NCBI GenBank assembly: GCA_900617105.1
Contig: UYFQ01000507.1
Span: 1-43,162, forward strand
Direction of reading: 5' to 3'
DNA: 43,162 bases
From: Hydrurus foetidus
Lineage: Eukaryota
The position numbers were made by a program, and so were the translations under genes. This document shows positions 21,777 to 33,556 of the stretch, piece by piece. Within the stretch, counting starts at the first letter, position 1, and the number at the start of each line of letters is the position of its first letter. Under the pieces are notes generated by a model. It worked only from the letters and a program-made list of their open reading frames with translations, was not told where the DNA came from and searched no databases.

Positions 21777-22380
21777 AATAGTAATTTCGTACCGAGACCA
21801 CAAAACAGTGGCGTTTTTCGTACCGAGAGGCTCTTTTCGAACCTCGGACTGGGGCCGATACCCGTATAAGAGTCTTTATAGGGCTCCAGGTGGATAATAG
21901 TAATTTCGTACCGAGACATAAACAGAGGCGTTTTTCAGAGGTTCGAAAGAGCAGAGGTTTCATGGTCGAGCGTTTATCGTACCGATGCTCGCTTGTTGCA
22001 CGAGAAGAGCCGAGGTTTCATGGTCAAGCGACAACGTTACTTTATCCACGGTGAGACCGATGCTCACAGCGGTACTGACACTTGCAGGGTATCCGAAGGT
22101 CACAGTCGCTACCGAGGAGGCGTTTTTCGTAAAGGCTGAGTTCATGGTCGAGCGTACGAACGTTACTTTATCCACCGTGAGACCGATGCTCACAGCGTTA
22201 CGAAAAGGTAGACTGATACTCACAGCGGCCATCATTTTTTTTTCGACCGCTGTGACCTTCGGTCTACCTTCTCGTACCGCTGTGGTCGATCTACCTTTCA
22301 TACCAGCGGTTTGAAAAACTCAAAATTTAGGGGGAGCCGATACCCGTATAAGAGTCATTACAGGGCTTCAGGTGGATAAA
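21777..22380. repeat. Modular repeat mosaic related to 35790-37121
   Basis: Shared modules ATAGTAATTTCGTACCGAGAC, TTCATGGTCGAGCGTACGAACGTTACTTTATCCACCGTGAGACCGATGCTCACAGCG and GCCGATACCCGTATAAGAGTC. Confidence 0.85.
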
Positions 22381-22388
22381 TAATCTTA

Positions 22389-24036
22389 CCGTCGCCGACC
22401 TCTTTATTTTTACCGTTTGAGTGTAGACTCCCGACATAGCCGATTTATTCGCCGCTGGTGAGTACATACTCGTTTACAACCCAACATAATTCAAATTACA
22501 ACAAAAATATCATTTCTGCTTCGCTGCAAATTCTGAGTAGCAGAGATTTTGATATTTGCTCGTGACTACCATCTGCCGCCGTACTGTGGAAGAAATCGTC
22601 CGTTTAATCTTCAAATTGCTGCTGCAAAGAACGGCTTCAGTTGAGAGAGTGATAGGTGAGATTACCAATTTCATAACGTCCTCAACAGCGATGATCCTCA
22701 TCGATCTGTTTTCTTCGAGATATTTGGTGGAATTTTATGAATATGCCGAGAGCGACAGAAGTTCAGCAGTTGTCGAATTCAAATTAACTTTTTGCTGAAT
22801 CTCATCTACATCCAGGAATGATGCAGGTATACAGTTTCGGTTGCGAAGCTGCTGGGCTCTTTGTATTGGATTCAGGGATCAAAGTCAAGAGAGGATATCT
22901 CAGCATATAGAGGAGGAATCCTGATAACCCTAATGGTTGGGAACCCTTCGCCGTTTTTTAATACTGATGGTATTGACTTACTGCATTATTAATTTCAAAC
23001 CTGTTATGATATGCACCATTTTTCATTCCTGTTTGATTCCGAAGTAGATGATCCTCACCGGCATGAGGCGAAGCTCTTGCATTTTTTTTCTACTCATTTC
23101 TCGCAGGTGTTGATGAATGGAAGGCAGGAATCATGCCACCCATCTCATGCGGTGCTGGCGGTGAATTAAATGCGCACCATTCGATTTGATTGCTCTACAT
23201 TAATTAGCAATTTGATAAGCTGCTTGACTTCCTGATTTTCTGTCAATGTAAAGTGTAATTCAATTACCTATCACCCAATACGCTTTTTCCTTTTTTCTCT
23301 CGACCACTTCGGGGCAGAGTCAACATTTCTGGGTATTTCATGGTTGGCGCCACTTCAGCCGACTCCCCGCTTCAATCCTTGACTTGGAGGGGACTTCGAT
23401 AGTGTATCCCAAAATGAATAGCTCACGGATAGAGATGTTAGTTAAGAAATTACTAAAATAAGCATGCAGCGCACAATTACCGCGAAAATTTGCAAAGCTG
23501 GAATGGTTCACGCCCACATCATCTTTCGCTGGAGCAAACAAAAGCTGATTGGAGTAATTAAAGGTCAATAAGAATCATTGATCGTATCAAAAGCGCTAAA
23601 TTAGCTACGCGGAGGTGTCATTTGCAACTTCAATGTGCAGCAGTTTTGAGAAAACCTAAAAAAATGTCTTGGGTAGACCAAAATTGTCGCTCTAGCTGGA
23701 ATCTAATTCAAACAACATATAAAAACAAGTTGCGCTTGGTCTCCTGAAATCTGCAGAAGAATGATTAGTGGAATTCAGTCGCAGAACGCGATTTTGAGAG
23801 GCCGACGTTATGTCAGAGGATTATCATGAATTTTCGATAAATCAAAAAATTGTCACGCGTGCATGGAGAACACATCAACCTGCTTTGATTGAACCGTCAA
23901 CTTCCCACAGGTATGGTCAATTGAGAGATGTCTTGCTAGGAGAAGGCAAGATTGAGGTATCACTGATAGGTATAGAACCCTGGACCTGTTTGAGGCCAAT
24001 GTCGCCCATAAAAATAAGTAAAGAGGTCGGCGACGG
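22389..24036. mobile_element. Non-autonomous TIR element with TA TSD (Tc1/mariner/pogo-type ends)
   Basis: TA|CCGTCGCCGACCTCTTTA ... TAAAGAGGTCGGCGACGG|TA; interior has only broken, unrecognised ORFs. Confidence 0.75.
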
Positions 24037-24038
24037 TA

Positions 24039-24203
24039 TTGTGCCGGTCAAAACTAAACGGTGCTGCAAAAATTAATTTTGCAGCATATTAGTGTTTTAT
24101 TTCGTGCGGCAGAATCAAAGTAACAGTTATTTTGACCTCTGTCAAAAACACGAAAAAACTTCCCCGCAAAATAAATTCTCCCGTTTAGTTTTGACCGGCA
24201 CAA
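24039..24203. mobile_element. 165-bp MITE with TA TSD
   Basis: TA|TTGTGCCGGTCAAAACTAAACGG ... CCGTTTAGTTTTGACCGGCACAA|TA. Confidence 0.8.
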
Positions 24204-24210
24204 TAATTAG

Positions 24211-25137
24211 TAGAGCTCGGTGCCGGACCCCGAAATGGGGTTCGGTAAATTTGCCGAACCCTTTTGGTCTCATGCCGGCCATGCCGGCCGGCATTTCCTT
24301 TAAAACGTCAAATACATCAGTATTGACAGAACCAATCACTCACTGGTATAGTGGTCGACTGCCCGAATCTACCAGTCGCCACTTGCGGGTACGATCCTCT
24401 CATGTCCTAGTGCGTTATGAGTATTACAGTGGACTACACTAAAGTCAAAAAAAGTCCCGGGATCGAGTTAAGGAACAAGCGGAGAGGTCCGATAAAACGC
24501 GTGGTACGGAATCATACAGTGTGGTCTAGTGAGAAGGTGCTCTACAATTTCCCGTACCTCACGGCGCTTTTGCAGATATCGCACAAGGGATCTCCTAATG
24601 TTGCAGTGAGATATGTCCACACCCACGTTTTGTTCTGATTTTTTGCAAATCTACTGGTAAGAGCCACGCTGATAATATTCTTAGATTCCGGTTGCCCAGA
24701 CTGTGATACGGAAGGGCTTGGAGGATCTTCCGACGACGACGACGCTGTCAAGCTGTAAGATGCGGCTGAAGCAGAGGCACTGGACATGGTTCTGACGTTT
24801 TGATCCTTCTCAGCTATGATTTCAATGAGAACTTAAATTTCTCTGCTGACAATTTGAATTCGAAGCCTCACAGATTACAGCACTTGACAGGAGCACAGCT
24901 TACATTCTCGAATCTAGGCTCTAGATCTCAAGGCACCTACAGAATCATCCCCAAAGAGACGATTACGTCATTTACCGGACACCATGCCGGACCCCATGCC
25001 GGACCGGAATAGGTCCGGCATGGGGTCCGGCATAAGGTCCGGTAAATGCCGGTCACTGAAAAGGCGTTCGGCTTCAATGCCGGCAGGCAATGCCGACCGA
25101 AAATGCCGGCCGGTGTCGGGTCCGGCACCGAGCTCTA
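24211..25137. mobile_element. Internally deleted hAT element
   Basis: TIR TAGAGCTCGGTGCCGGACCC; 8-bp TSD ATAATTAG (24203-24210 / 25138-25145); TGCCGG subterminal repeats. Confidence 0.9.
24542..24787 (-). pseudogene. hAT transposase N-terminal remnant with half a BED zinc finger
   Basis: KTWVWTYL...PLCDICKSAV inside hAT TIRs. Confidence 0.65.
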
Positions 25138-25142
25138 ATAAT

Positions 25143-25407
25143 TAGAGCTTGTGGCCGACGACCAAATCAGGCGTCGGCCTGGCCGGCCTAAAATTTCTGC
25201 CATTGGCCGGTTGGCCGGCCGGCCAATGATTTAAACCGTGTGAGGGAGTCAAATACCCAAAACCGTGAAATAACCCCCCAAAAGTACGAAAATTTTGTGA
25301 GCTACCCCTAAAATTCTGGGAAATCACCCTATATTTCGGTAAATTTACCCCTAATATGGTAGGTGCAGATTGGCCCCGGCCGGCCAAGGCACCGGCCACA
25401 AGCTCTA
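25143..25407. mobile_element. hAT-type MITE
   Basis: TIR TAGAGCTTGTGGCCG / CGGCCACAAGCTCTA; 8-bp TSD ACAATAAT (24200-24207 / 25408-25415), left copy displaced by the later hAT insertion. Confidence 0.85.
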
Positions 25408-25615
25408 ACAATAATCCTCAAAAAATCCTCGGGGTAGAACTTGGGTGGAATTATTTTGAACGTCGACATTTTGAGGATTTTTCTCTGTATGTTTCGCATG
25501 TGATCTTGATCTGTTCTATACTTCCGTCTGAGAGAAATACCGTACAATCCCTCTTGTTGCACTGACTGGTCATAGACAGTGCCATATTGCTCAAAAGCAG
25601 GAGTCGTTAGGAAAG

Positions 25616-28018
25616 ATGAGTCCCTCTCTTATGCGAATTGTGGTTGGAGCAGTTTGCTGCAGTAAAGCGCTATCATTTTCATTCGGTCGATTATCTACTG
25701 GCAGAAGCAGAATTGTCATGCAAGCCGAAGCTGAAAAAGTCGTATTGAACAAATACTCCCGCATAATCACTGAGCCTCCAAGTCAAGGAGCATCTCAGGC
25801 AATGCTGTATGCTACGGGACTGACCCCAGAGACCATCGCTCTTCCACAGGTCGGAATTTGCTCAGTTTGGTTCGAGGGGAACCCTTGCAATATGCATCTA
25901 ATGGATCTCTCCGGCGACGTTAAACAAGGTATTTGTGAATACACAGCTAAATCAGACGTAGAGGTTATCTTTGCGTGATTTCCGAATTTGTTGCTGCAGG
26001 TGTGACAGAAGCTGGTCTCACTGGATTCAGATTCAATACTATTGGTGTTAGTGATGGAATTTCAATGGGCACAGATGGCATGAGTTATTCACTTCAATCA
26101 AGAGATGTGATCGCCGATAGTATCGAGACCATCATGGGTGGACAGGTGAGGCCTACACTGCTTCAACATCTCCTCTGACATGGGCTCACTCGAACACATC
26201 CTTGAATTCCTAGTGGTACGACGCACTAGTCGCCATTCCTGGCTGCGACAAAAATATGCCTGGCTGTCTCATCGCCATGGGCCGCCTTAACAGACCCGCC
26301 ATCATGGTTTACGGAGGAACGATCAGAGCTGGCTGCACAGAGAAATTCCCTCAGGTATGGAGGCCACTGCGAGACGAACTGCATGCAGCGTTTACTGACG
26401 ACATGATGCTACCCTCAGTACTTTTGTTTCCGCAACATCATCAGCGCAACTTCTCTGATCTGCTAAAATCTACTGAACTTAAATTTTTCTTCGATCTCGC
26501 CAACAATCTCACTTAATTGATCGCAGTTGGACATCGTATCAGCTTTCCAGTCATACGGCGAGAGCATGTATGAGAAGATCACTGAGGAGGAGAGAAAGGA
26601 AATTGTAGAGAACTCCTGCCCCGGCCCAGGAGCTTGTGGAGGCATGTACACTGCCAACACAATGGCCACTGCCATCGAAGCCATGGGCATGGCTCTGCCC
26701 TTCTCCTCCTCCACCCCTGCTGACGATCCACTGAAGACCGCTGAGTGCAAGCTAGCGGGTGAAGCTATTCTCACTCTCCTCAAGATGGACCTCAAGCCAA
26801 GAGACATTATGACCAAGAAGGCCTTCGAGAACGCCATTACGATCGTCATGGTGCTCGGAGGCAGCACCAACGCAGTGCTCCACCTCATCGCCATGGCGAG
26901 AGCCGTGGATGTCGACATCACACTGGACGATTTCCAAAGAATCTCGGACAAGACCCCTTTCTTGGCAGACTTGAAACCATCTGGCAAGTACGTCATGGAG
27001 GACCTGCAAAAGTACGGAGGCACGCCTGCTGTGATGCGCTACCTGCTCGACAACGGCATGATCCACGGAGACTGCCTCACCGTAACTGGCAAGACTGTCG
27101 CTCAGAACTTGGCCACCATCAAGCCAGTCCCAGAAGGAAACCCAATCATCATGCCACTAGAGAGCCCCATCAAGGAGACAGGACATCTACAGGTAACCTT
27201 GGGCAACTAATGTCAGGCCGTCTCTGCGCTAATACACTGCAATCTGTTGGTTCTCAGCTGAATGACTTCCATATATTCAGATATTGTACGGCAACTTGGC
27301 TCCTGAGGGCAGTGTAGCTAAGATCACCGGCAAGGAAGGACTCCGCTTCGAAGGCACCGCCAAGGTGTACGACTCCGAGGAGCTCATGATGGAGGGACTC
27401 AACAGAAAGGAAATCACAAAAGGTACAGTGTCGAGACGAATATCCATCTATTCCGCCCTTCAGTGACATTGTAAGATTTCGACTTACTTCATCGATTGCT
27501 CCGTTTACTCTGTATGGTAGGCATGGTTGTGGTGATTAGGTACGAGGGCCCCAAGGGCGGGCCCGGCATGCCCGAGATGCTCACCCCCACCAGCGCCATC
27601 ATGGGTGCCGGACTGGGCAATGACGTAGCGATGGTCACTGACGGTCGCTTCTCAGGGGGCAGTCACGGATTCATCATCGGACACGTCACTCCTGAGGCAC
27701 AGGTGTGTAAGGACAGGACTCGAAAATGCTCTCTGAGCGACATCAATTGACGAAATCCCTCTCTTATCTCACTATGTGAACTTGTGATGTCTGTATGAAC
27801 TGCATCAGGTCGGTGGAGCAATCGCATTGCTAGAAGACGGAGACAGAATAGTAATTGACGCGGACAAGAAGGTGATGACAGTGGACCTCACTGATGAGCA
27901 GTTAGCAGCGCGTAGGGCAGCATGGGTGCCACCCCCCCTCAAGGCCACTAGAGGCACTCTCTTCAAGTACATCAAAAACGTTTCCTCCGCCTCTCTAGGA
28001 TGTGTCACCGACGAGTAA
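25616..28018 (+). CDS. ilvD: Dihydroxy-acid dehydratase, probably plastid-targeted; exons 25616-25928, 26000-26145, 26214-26354, 26527-27192, 27281-27422, 27521-27702, 27809-28018
   Basis: [85 protein letters not shown]; six GT-AG introns that preserve frame. Confidence 0.97.
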
Positions 28019-28672
28019 AGCGGCACATACTGCCTTTCTTCTTAGCGCCCCCCTCCCTACCTTTTCCTACCATACCCCGTCCTATCCTGCTAGTTTATCT
28101 AAACATGCAGTACGTGGGTACCTTTTGCGGACATCGCGCCACAAAAGGAAGCCACGTGCTCGTCAAGATAATAAAATTTTATTAGTAACCCACTCCTCCT
28201 ACGTTATAGTCTGTTTTGCGTAAGCAAACAGTCCAATTCTCATAATGTCACTTTTTCCCAATTATTTCCGTCCGACTGGAGAAGACTTTCTGGAGGACTG
28301 TGCATGATATTTCTGAGCTTCTTCGAGCAGCCGCAAAATGCCGGTACAGAATATTCGCAGGAGCGCGTCCTCTCCAACTCTCATAACTGAGCCACTGGAC
28401 GCACAGTACTTTTCAATGCGATCAGCTCAATGCGTCTCACGGCTGGTTCCCACCACGCCATGTGTCTCTGCCGCCACTCCACTCTATTCCGCTGCGCTTC
28501 TAGCTGTCCTCGTCCTCGACAGCCTTGCGGTCCCTCCGATCCGATCCGACTAGATCCAAGCCGATCCTTCAGAGACATACAGTAACGCCTGCGTCGCATT
28601 GATGTCATGTCAGCTGCACTATATGGCCCCTCTCATAGATCAAGCGTGTTCAACACTACAGGCGCCAGGCGG

Positions 28673-29967
28673 TCAAGGCGACACAGCGTCATCAGCGGGG
28701 ACGGTCCATTCGATGGAAGCACCCCTTAGACCGTTCACGAAATCCCTCGTAGCCATCACTTTCTTCCCTGGAGGCTGAACTTCTGTGATGCCTAAAATAG
28801 ATCCATCCCCGCACACTACGCGTAGCACCTCTTTCTTCCCGATTTTGATGACTTGAACAGCTTGTGTGGGGGTGTCTGGAGTTGGTCCCATGAGGACGGT
28901 GGAGATAATCTTTATTCTTTGAGGCTCCGATTTCTCTCCCTCAGAATTGCACATAACGAAAGTTGACCAAATGCCTGGCCATCCAGCGAACCCTCTTGCT
29001 TTATTGTGCACTTGGAGAGCGTTGCAAGACTGGAAATCAGTTCTCGCCTCCTGCGGAGACAGCTTGTCTGCAGAACTTGCCTTCGTTTCGTCCTGCTCAA
29101 TCAATGTCGTGCTGACCGACCCATCAAGAATAGAAGGCAGAGAGTCCAGCAGCAATTTGACTCCGATTGAGAACATGTCCGTTAGAAAATCAGGAGCAGT
29201 CTCATCTCCACTTAGCCTTTGAATATGCTGCCTTATTATTGGCCCCGCATCCATCTTCTGCACAGTAAACAAAATACTGACGCCACTTTCACAATCTCCT
29301 GCCTCAAGGCATCTTTGAGCTGGTGCAGCTCCTCTGTACTTAGGGAGCAGAGATGGGTGTATATTTACCGTACCACATTTCGGGATGGAGAGAAATTTCT
29401 TCGGTAGGTAATTTCCGTACGCCGCAGTGATACATAGGTCCGGGGCCATCTCCGTCAACAACCTCAAAAACTCTTCATTATTCGCCTTCTCGGGATGATA
29501 CACTGTAATCGATAACTCGTCAGCTGTGATATGGACTGGGCTAGACGTAATTTTTTTATTACGGCCGGCTGGTGCTGGGGGTTGCGTTACAACAGCAACA
29601 ACCTCAAAAATGCTATCTGGCAGTGACGCTTTTGAATGAAGTTCTCGCAAGCAATTGGCAGCAACATCTGGCGTTCCTATGGAACGATGTCAAAAGATGG
29701 TAGGAGAGGATAATTCAGTGACGACTCATCCCTGGTTCATCCCCAACGGGGTTTAAAATCAGTTGTTGAAAGCTCACCCAAAAAGAGGATTTTCTTCTTC
29801 AGAATAGCAAACTCTGTTGTAGTACTGAGTGCCTCGGCGTAGAGCCTTGAGACATTCAAGATGCCTACCTTTCCATACCTACTGACACGGAGACTTACCC
29901 CTTTGCGTATGCCGCAAAATATAAACATTATTTTGATGATGGAGCACAGGTAGAAGCAGTATTTCAT
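28673..29967 (-). CDS. fmt: Organellar methionyl-tRNA formyltransferase; exons 29967-29778 and 29676-28673
   Basis: Spliced ILFLG|TPDVA, VVTQPP, AAYG, NIHPSLLPKYRGAAP, MDAGPI, WPG, VQPPGKKVM; N-terminal targeting-like extension. Confidence 0.95.
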
Positions 29968-30128
29968 GCTTTTTCAAATCGATGACGTTATCTTGCAAGG
30001 AGGTGCGGTAGATTTGGCAAGAATTGCTTGTGTTTCGCTCCAAGATAAAATGTTTGCCATAACAGCATGACGGCAAAGTTGAAAGTTGATGTTACACTTC
30101 CAGTTGTTTGTGAATAGGGTGTTTGCGC

Positions 30129-30469
30129 TGTTGGAGATATCGTAGTTTATGACACGGACACAATCAGTGTACTTATGCATTCGTACGGTCGTACGGATTA
30201 ATTTGTGTGTGTGTGTGTGTGTGTGTGTGCGTACATGCGTGACGACGATGAATGGACCCGTGCATCGTCTCTGTACTTCAAGCGTAGTGTAGAATGTCTT
30301 TTGTTGTTGCGTTGAAAGGGACTCGGGGACTTCAGCAGGGATGAAGCACAGTCAATTAACAAGTGTTTACTGCCATACAAGAGCTTATTTCACGAGTCCT
30401 GACCGAGTGACCTTCAACCACAGTACAGCGAGAGGCGTACGTGTGGGCCGAACCGAAGATCCGTCAACA
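30129..30469 (+). repeat. Copia 5' LTR (341 bp, contains (TG)n)
   Basis: Matches the 3' LTR except at the TG tract. Confidence 0.95.
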
Positions 30470-30472
30470 TAA

Positions 30473-33400
30473 TTGACTGCCACAGGCATTCCGATGCCTC
30501 CCAAACGCGCCGCAGAAGCTTTCAAAAGTACAGAGGAGTGTATGCTTCAATACGGCAAACACAACAACATTATCAAATGGAGAGAACACATGCAAACGGT
30601 TGTAACCGAACTATACGGGATAGTTGGCATGTTCTTCACAACAAATGTGAGATACGAGCTCCCGAGAGTTTCTTACAGGGATTACCCTGCAGATTCGTCA
30701 TCGGAAAGCTCCAGTTCCGAAGAAGACGACGAGATAGCCGAAGGTCAACAGGAACAACCGCCTGACCCAGAGACCGTGGCGTACGCCGCCGCGAGGCCTG
30801 CTCGCATCGCCGCCAGACAGGCGAGGAACGAGAGGAGGCGTAAAGCGTCAGAACGCTCTAGAGCAAAATTTAAAGAAGATGATTACATACAGAGAAAGAG
30901 GGACATCAAAACGCAGAAAGAGAACGAACGTACGATGTACCCGATGATGTGGAAGCGCATGTCGCTGCTATCACAAAGTAGGGTGAGGGAGGAGGAAGAT
31001 TTCAAGACAGCATATGACACCCTGGACTGTGTCATGTTGTGGACGCTCATAAGGAGGACTCACCTCACACACATGTACGGGGGCGATGAGACACTGCAGG
31101 AGTACAACCAACACGAACAGGAGAGTAAGTACGGCTCAATGAGGCAAGGTGAGAGAGAGCACATTGTCACCTTCAAGAACAGATTCGATGAACAGGTAAC
31201 CGCGAACGCTGCTGTCGGAATCGCTGCGGTGACAGAGTCGAAGCGAGCATTGGATTTCCTAGGGAAGCTCGACACTCGAAGGTACAAGATCATGCTAGAC
31301 GACATGAAGCATGACGCCTTACGACGCAAACCAGGGGCGTTCCCAACCACACTCGCCCTAGCTTTCCACATCGCCTCAGAGTGGAATGACCGAGTCCCTG
31401 CATCCACACCCACACCGACACCGGCGGGTGCGAACGCAGCGTACGTGACCGAGGGAGTCCACGTCACAGCGGCCAAGGACCCGGAAAAGAAAGCGGGGAA
31501 AGCCGGAGGTGGCAGCAAGAAATCCTTAGCAGACGTCGAGTGCTACAAATGCGAAACAATGGGACACTACGCGCGGAACTGCCCACAGAAGAAATCGTCG
31601 TCATCGGAAAAAGTCCACGTCACGGTGGAAGAGTCAGACGAAGAATACGAAGGAGAGTCGAGCGAGTGGGGTGTAGCTCTCGTCACTGGCGATGAAATAT
31701 GCTGCTTCTCCAGATTCGACGTGCTGTTAGACAACGAGGCCTCGCTGAACATATTCAATAACGCTGAACTACTTACTGACCTGAGGAAGTCGCAGTCGAC
31801 AATTCGAGTGAGCGGTATCCAGCAAGGAGGAGGAGTGAGCGTAGATCGGGAAGGGGAGTTCGGAGAGTTCGGCACAGTGTACTACAGTAGTTCGGCATCG
31901 GCAAACATCCTGTCATTCGCGTCGCAGGTCGACTCAGGTGCGTCGATCAGATATGACCACCTGAGCGACTGCTTCACTCTTAGTCCGAAGAGCAGCACGA
32001 GGATCTATCGGTTCGGGAGAAAGCGAGTCATAGGAAGCGAGGGGAGGTTCTACTCGTGCGACTGGAGGGATGTCGAGCACGACAAAGCGTTAGTAACTAC
32101 GGTGGTTGAGAATCTGAAAGCGTTTACGAAACGAGAGATCGAGCAGGCGAGACGAGCTCGTGAGCTGCTCGCTAGGATGGGCTTCCCGACGGTGGAACAG
32201 GCGATGTCGATCGTGAACAGCGGAAGCAACTTCGACATTACGGCGAGAGATTTCCAGATCGCTGATGCGATATGGGGCAAAGATATAGCCTCTATAAAAG
32301 GGAAAACAGTGAAGAGAGCTACTGCTATCGCTGATATTACAGTCAGCACGAAACTAATGCAAAGGGATCAGGTGCTGTCTATCGACATTATGTTCATAGA
32401 CAAACTAGCGATACTAGTTGGGGTATCTACACCACTGGGACTAACTATTGCATATAGCCTAAACACAGCAGATTTAACAAAGCCAGCAAGGACAGCAGCC
32501 CAAGTAAAGATCGGGATAAACCATTTTATCGCAGTCCTCGCTGCGCAAAACTTCAGGACCTCCATAATCATGAGCGACGGAGAGGGGGCTGTCAAGAGTC
32601 TCATTGACGAGCTGGGAAGGCTCGGTGTGGAGGTTGACGTCAGTGGAGCCGGCGGCCACGTCGCTAGGATTGAGAGAAAAATTCGCATTGTTAGAGAACG
32701 GGTACGATGTCACGTAGCGTACCACCTTCCGTTCACACTATCGACGGTGGGTATCGCCATGCTCGTACTGTACTGTATATCCAGGCTGAACTACGAACCG
32801 GCCGGATTACGGGAATGGGGCCCGAGTCCGCGTGAAGCATACATCGGTAGGAAGCCTGATGGTAAGAGAGACTTTAGATGCTCTTTCGGAGATTATGTGC
32901 AATGTACCGTTCCTAACACTGACTCAGGATTCAAGAGCCGAACCGAGGACTGTGTGGTTATGCTCCCCCTCGGAAATCGCACGGGCTCAGTGAGAATGCT
33001 TTCGCTCAGCACAGGAAGACTAGTGAACAGGGACCAATTCAGAGTGCTACCGATGCCCGAGTCCGTTATAAAGAGACTAAATGAACTCGCACATGCAGAT
33101 GGTAGAGTAAAAGGGAAGGGTGATCTGTACGCACGGCCCACGTCGTACGAGCAGTACGGGAACGCTGCCAAGGGACTGCCCGACACGATGGAACCCAACG
33201 TCAACAACGGTGTGGATCCATCGATAGAACCTCTAGATGACGACCGTGAGACTAGAAACGAAGAGGTAGACAACGGTGACCAGCATCAAGACAATGGAGG
33301 AGAATTGGGTGAACAACAGTACGACAACGGCGAAGCACCGAACGAGGTAGACCCGAGGGACGATAGTGAACCATACGAGGAAGCGGTACAGGCCGAACAA

Positions 33401-33556
33401 CCTGAAGAGCGCGACAATGATATAGATGATCTGATCGATAGTATGAACCGGATGCGAGCTGGGCCGAGGGACCAAGTTGAAGATCCCACGGGGGGACTAG
33501 ATGAGAGAGGAATACCGGAGGACTACATATCGACAGACGGGAGACCAGACGAGTAA
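30473..33556 (+). CDS. Copia Gag-protease-integrase (probable start ATG at 30494)
   Basis: CYKCETMGHYARNC; VLLDNEAS; SIDIMF, MSDGEG, HVARIERKIR. Confidence 0.9.
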   Translation: MTATGIPMPPKRAAEAFKSTEECMLQYGKHNNIIKWREHMQTVVTELYGIVGMFFTTNVRYELPRVSYRDYPADSSSESSSSEEDDEIAEGQQEQPPDPETVAYAAARPARIAARQARNERRRKASERSRAKFKEDDYIQRKRDIKTQKENERTMYPMMWKRMSLLSQSRVREEEDFKTAYDTLDCVMLWTLIRRTHLTHMYGGDETLQEYNQHEQESKYGSMRQGEREHIVTFKNRFDEQVTANAAVGIAAVTESKRALDFLGKLDTRRYKIMLDDMKHDALRRKPGAFPTTLALAFHIASEWNDRVPASTPTPTPAGANAAYVTEGVHVTAAKDPEKKAGKAGGGSKKSLADVECYKCETMGHYARNCPQKKSSSSEKVHVTVEESDEEYEGESSEWGVALVTGDEICCFSRFDVLLDNEASLNIFNNAELLTDLRKSQSTIRVSGIQQGGGVSVDREGEFGEFGTVYYSSSASANILSFASQVDSGASIRYDHLSDCFTLSPKSSTRIYRFGRKRVIGSEGRFYSCDWRDVEHDKALVTTVVENLKAFTKREIEQARRARELLARMGFPTVEQAMSIVNSGSNFDITARDFQIADAIWGKDIASIKGKTVKRATAIADITVSTKLMQRDQVLSIDIMFIDKLAILVGVSTPLGLTIAYSLNTADLTKPARTAAQVKIGINHFIAVLAAQNFRTSIIMSDGEGAVKSLIDELGRLGVEVDVSGAGGHVARIERKIRIVRERVRCHVAYHLPFTLSTVGIAMLVLYCISRLNYEPAGLREWGPSPREAYIGRKPDGKRDFRCSFGDYVQCTVPNTDSGFKSRTEDCVVMLPLGNRTGSVRMLSLSTGRLVNRDQFRVLPMPESVIKRLNELAHADGRVKGKGDLYARPTSYEQYGNAAKGLPDTMEPNVNNGVDPSIEPLDDDRETRNEEVDNGDQHQDNGGELGEQQYDNGEAPNEVDPRDDSEPYEEAVQAEQPEERDNDIDDLIDSMNRMRAGPRDQVEDPTGGLDERGIPEDYISTDGRPDE

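Larger units (their letters stand above)
19605..21789 (-). mobile_element. Crypton-like tyrosine-recombinase transposon (boundaries tentative)
   Basis: Intron-containing YR gene with no RT; AATAGTAATTTCG direct repeat at 19605 and 21777; CCGAGGGGCGCAGCCCCGAGG subterminal hairpin. Confidence 0.65.

Noticed and set aside
21777..22380. CRISPR-like array (also 35790-36240)
   Set aside because: No constant repeat with unique, equal-length spacers; modules occur in both orientations; eukaryotic context with no cas genes
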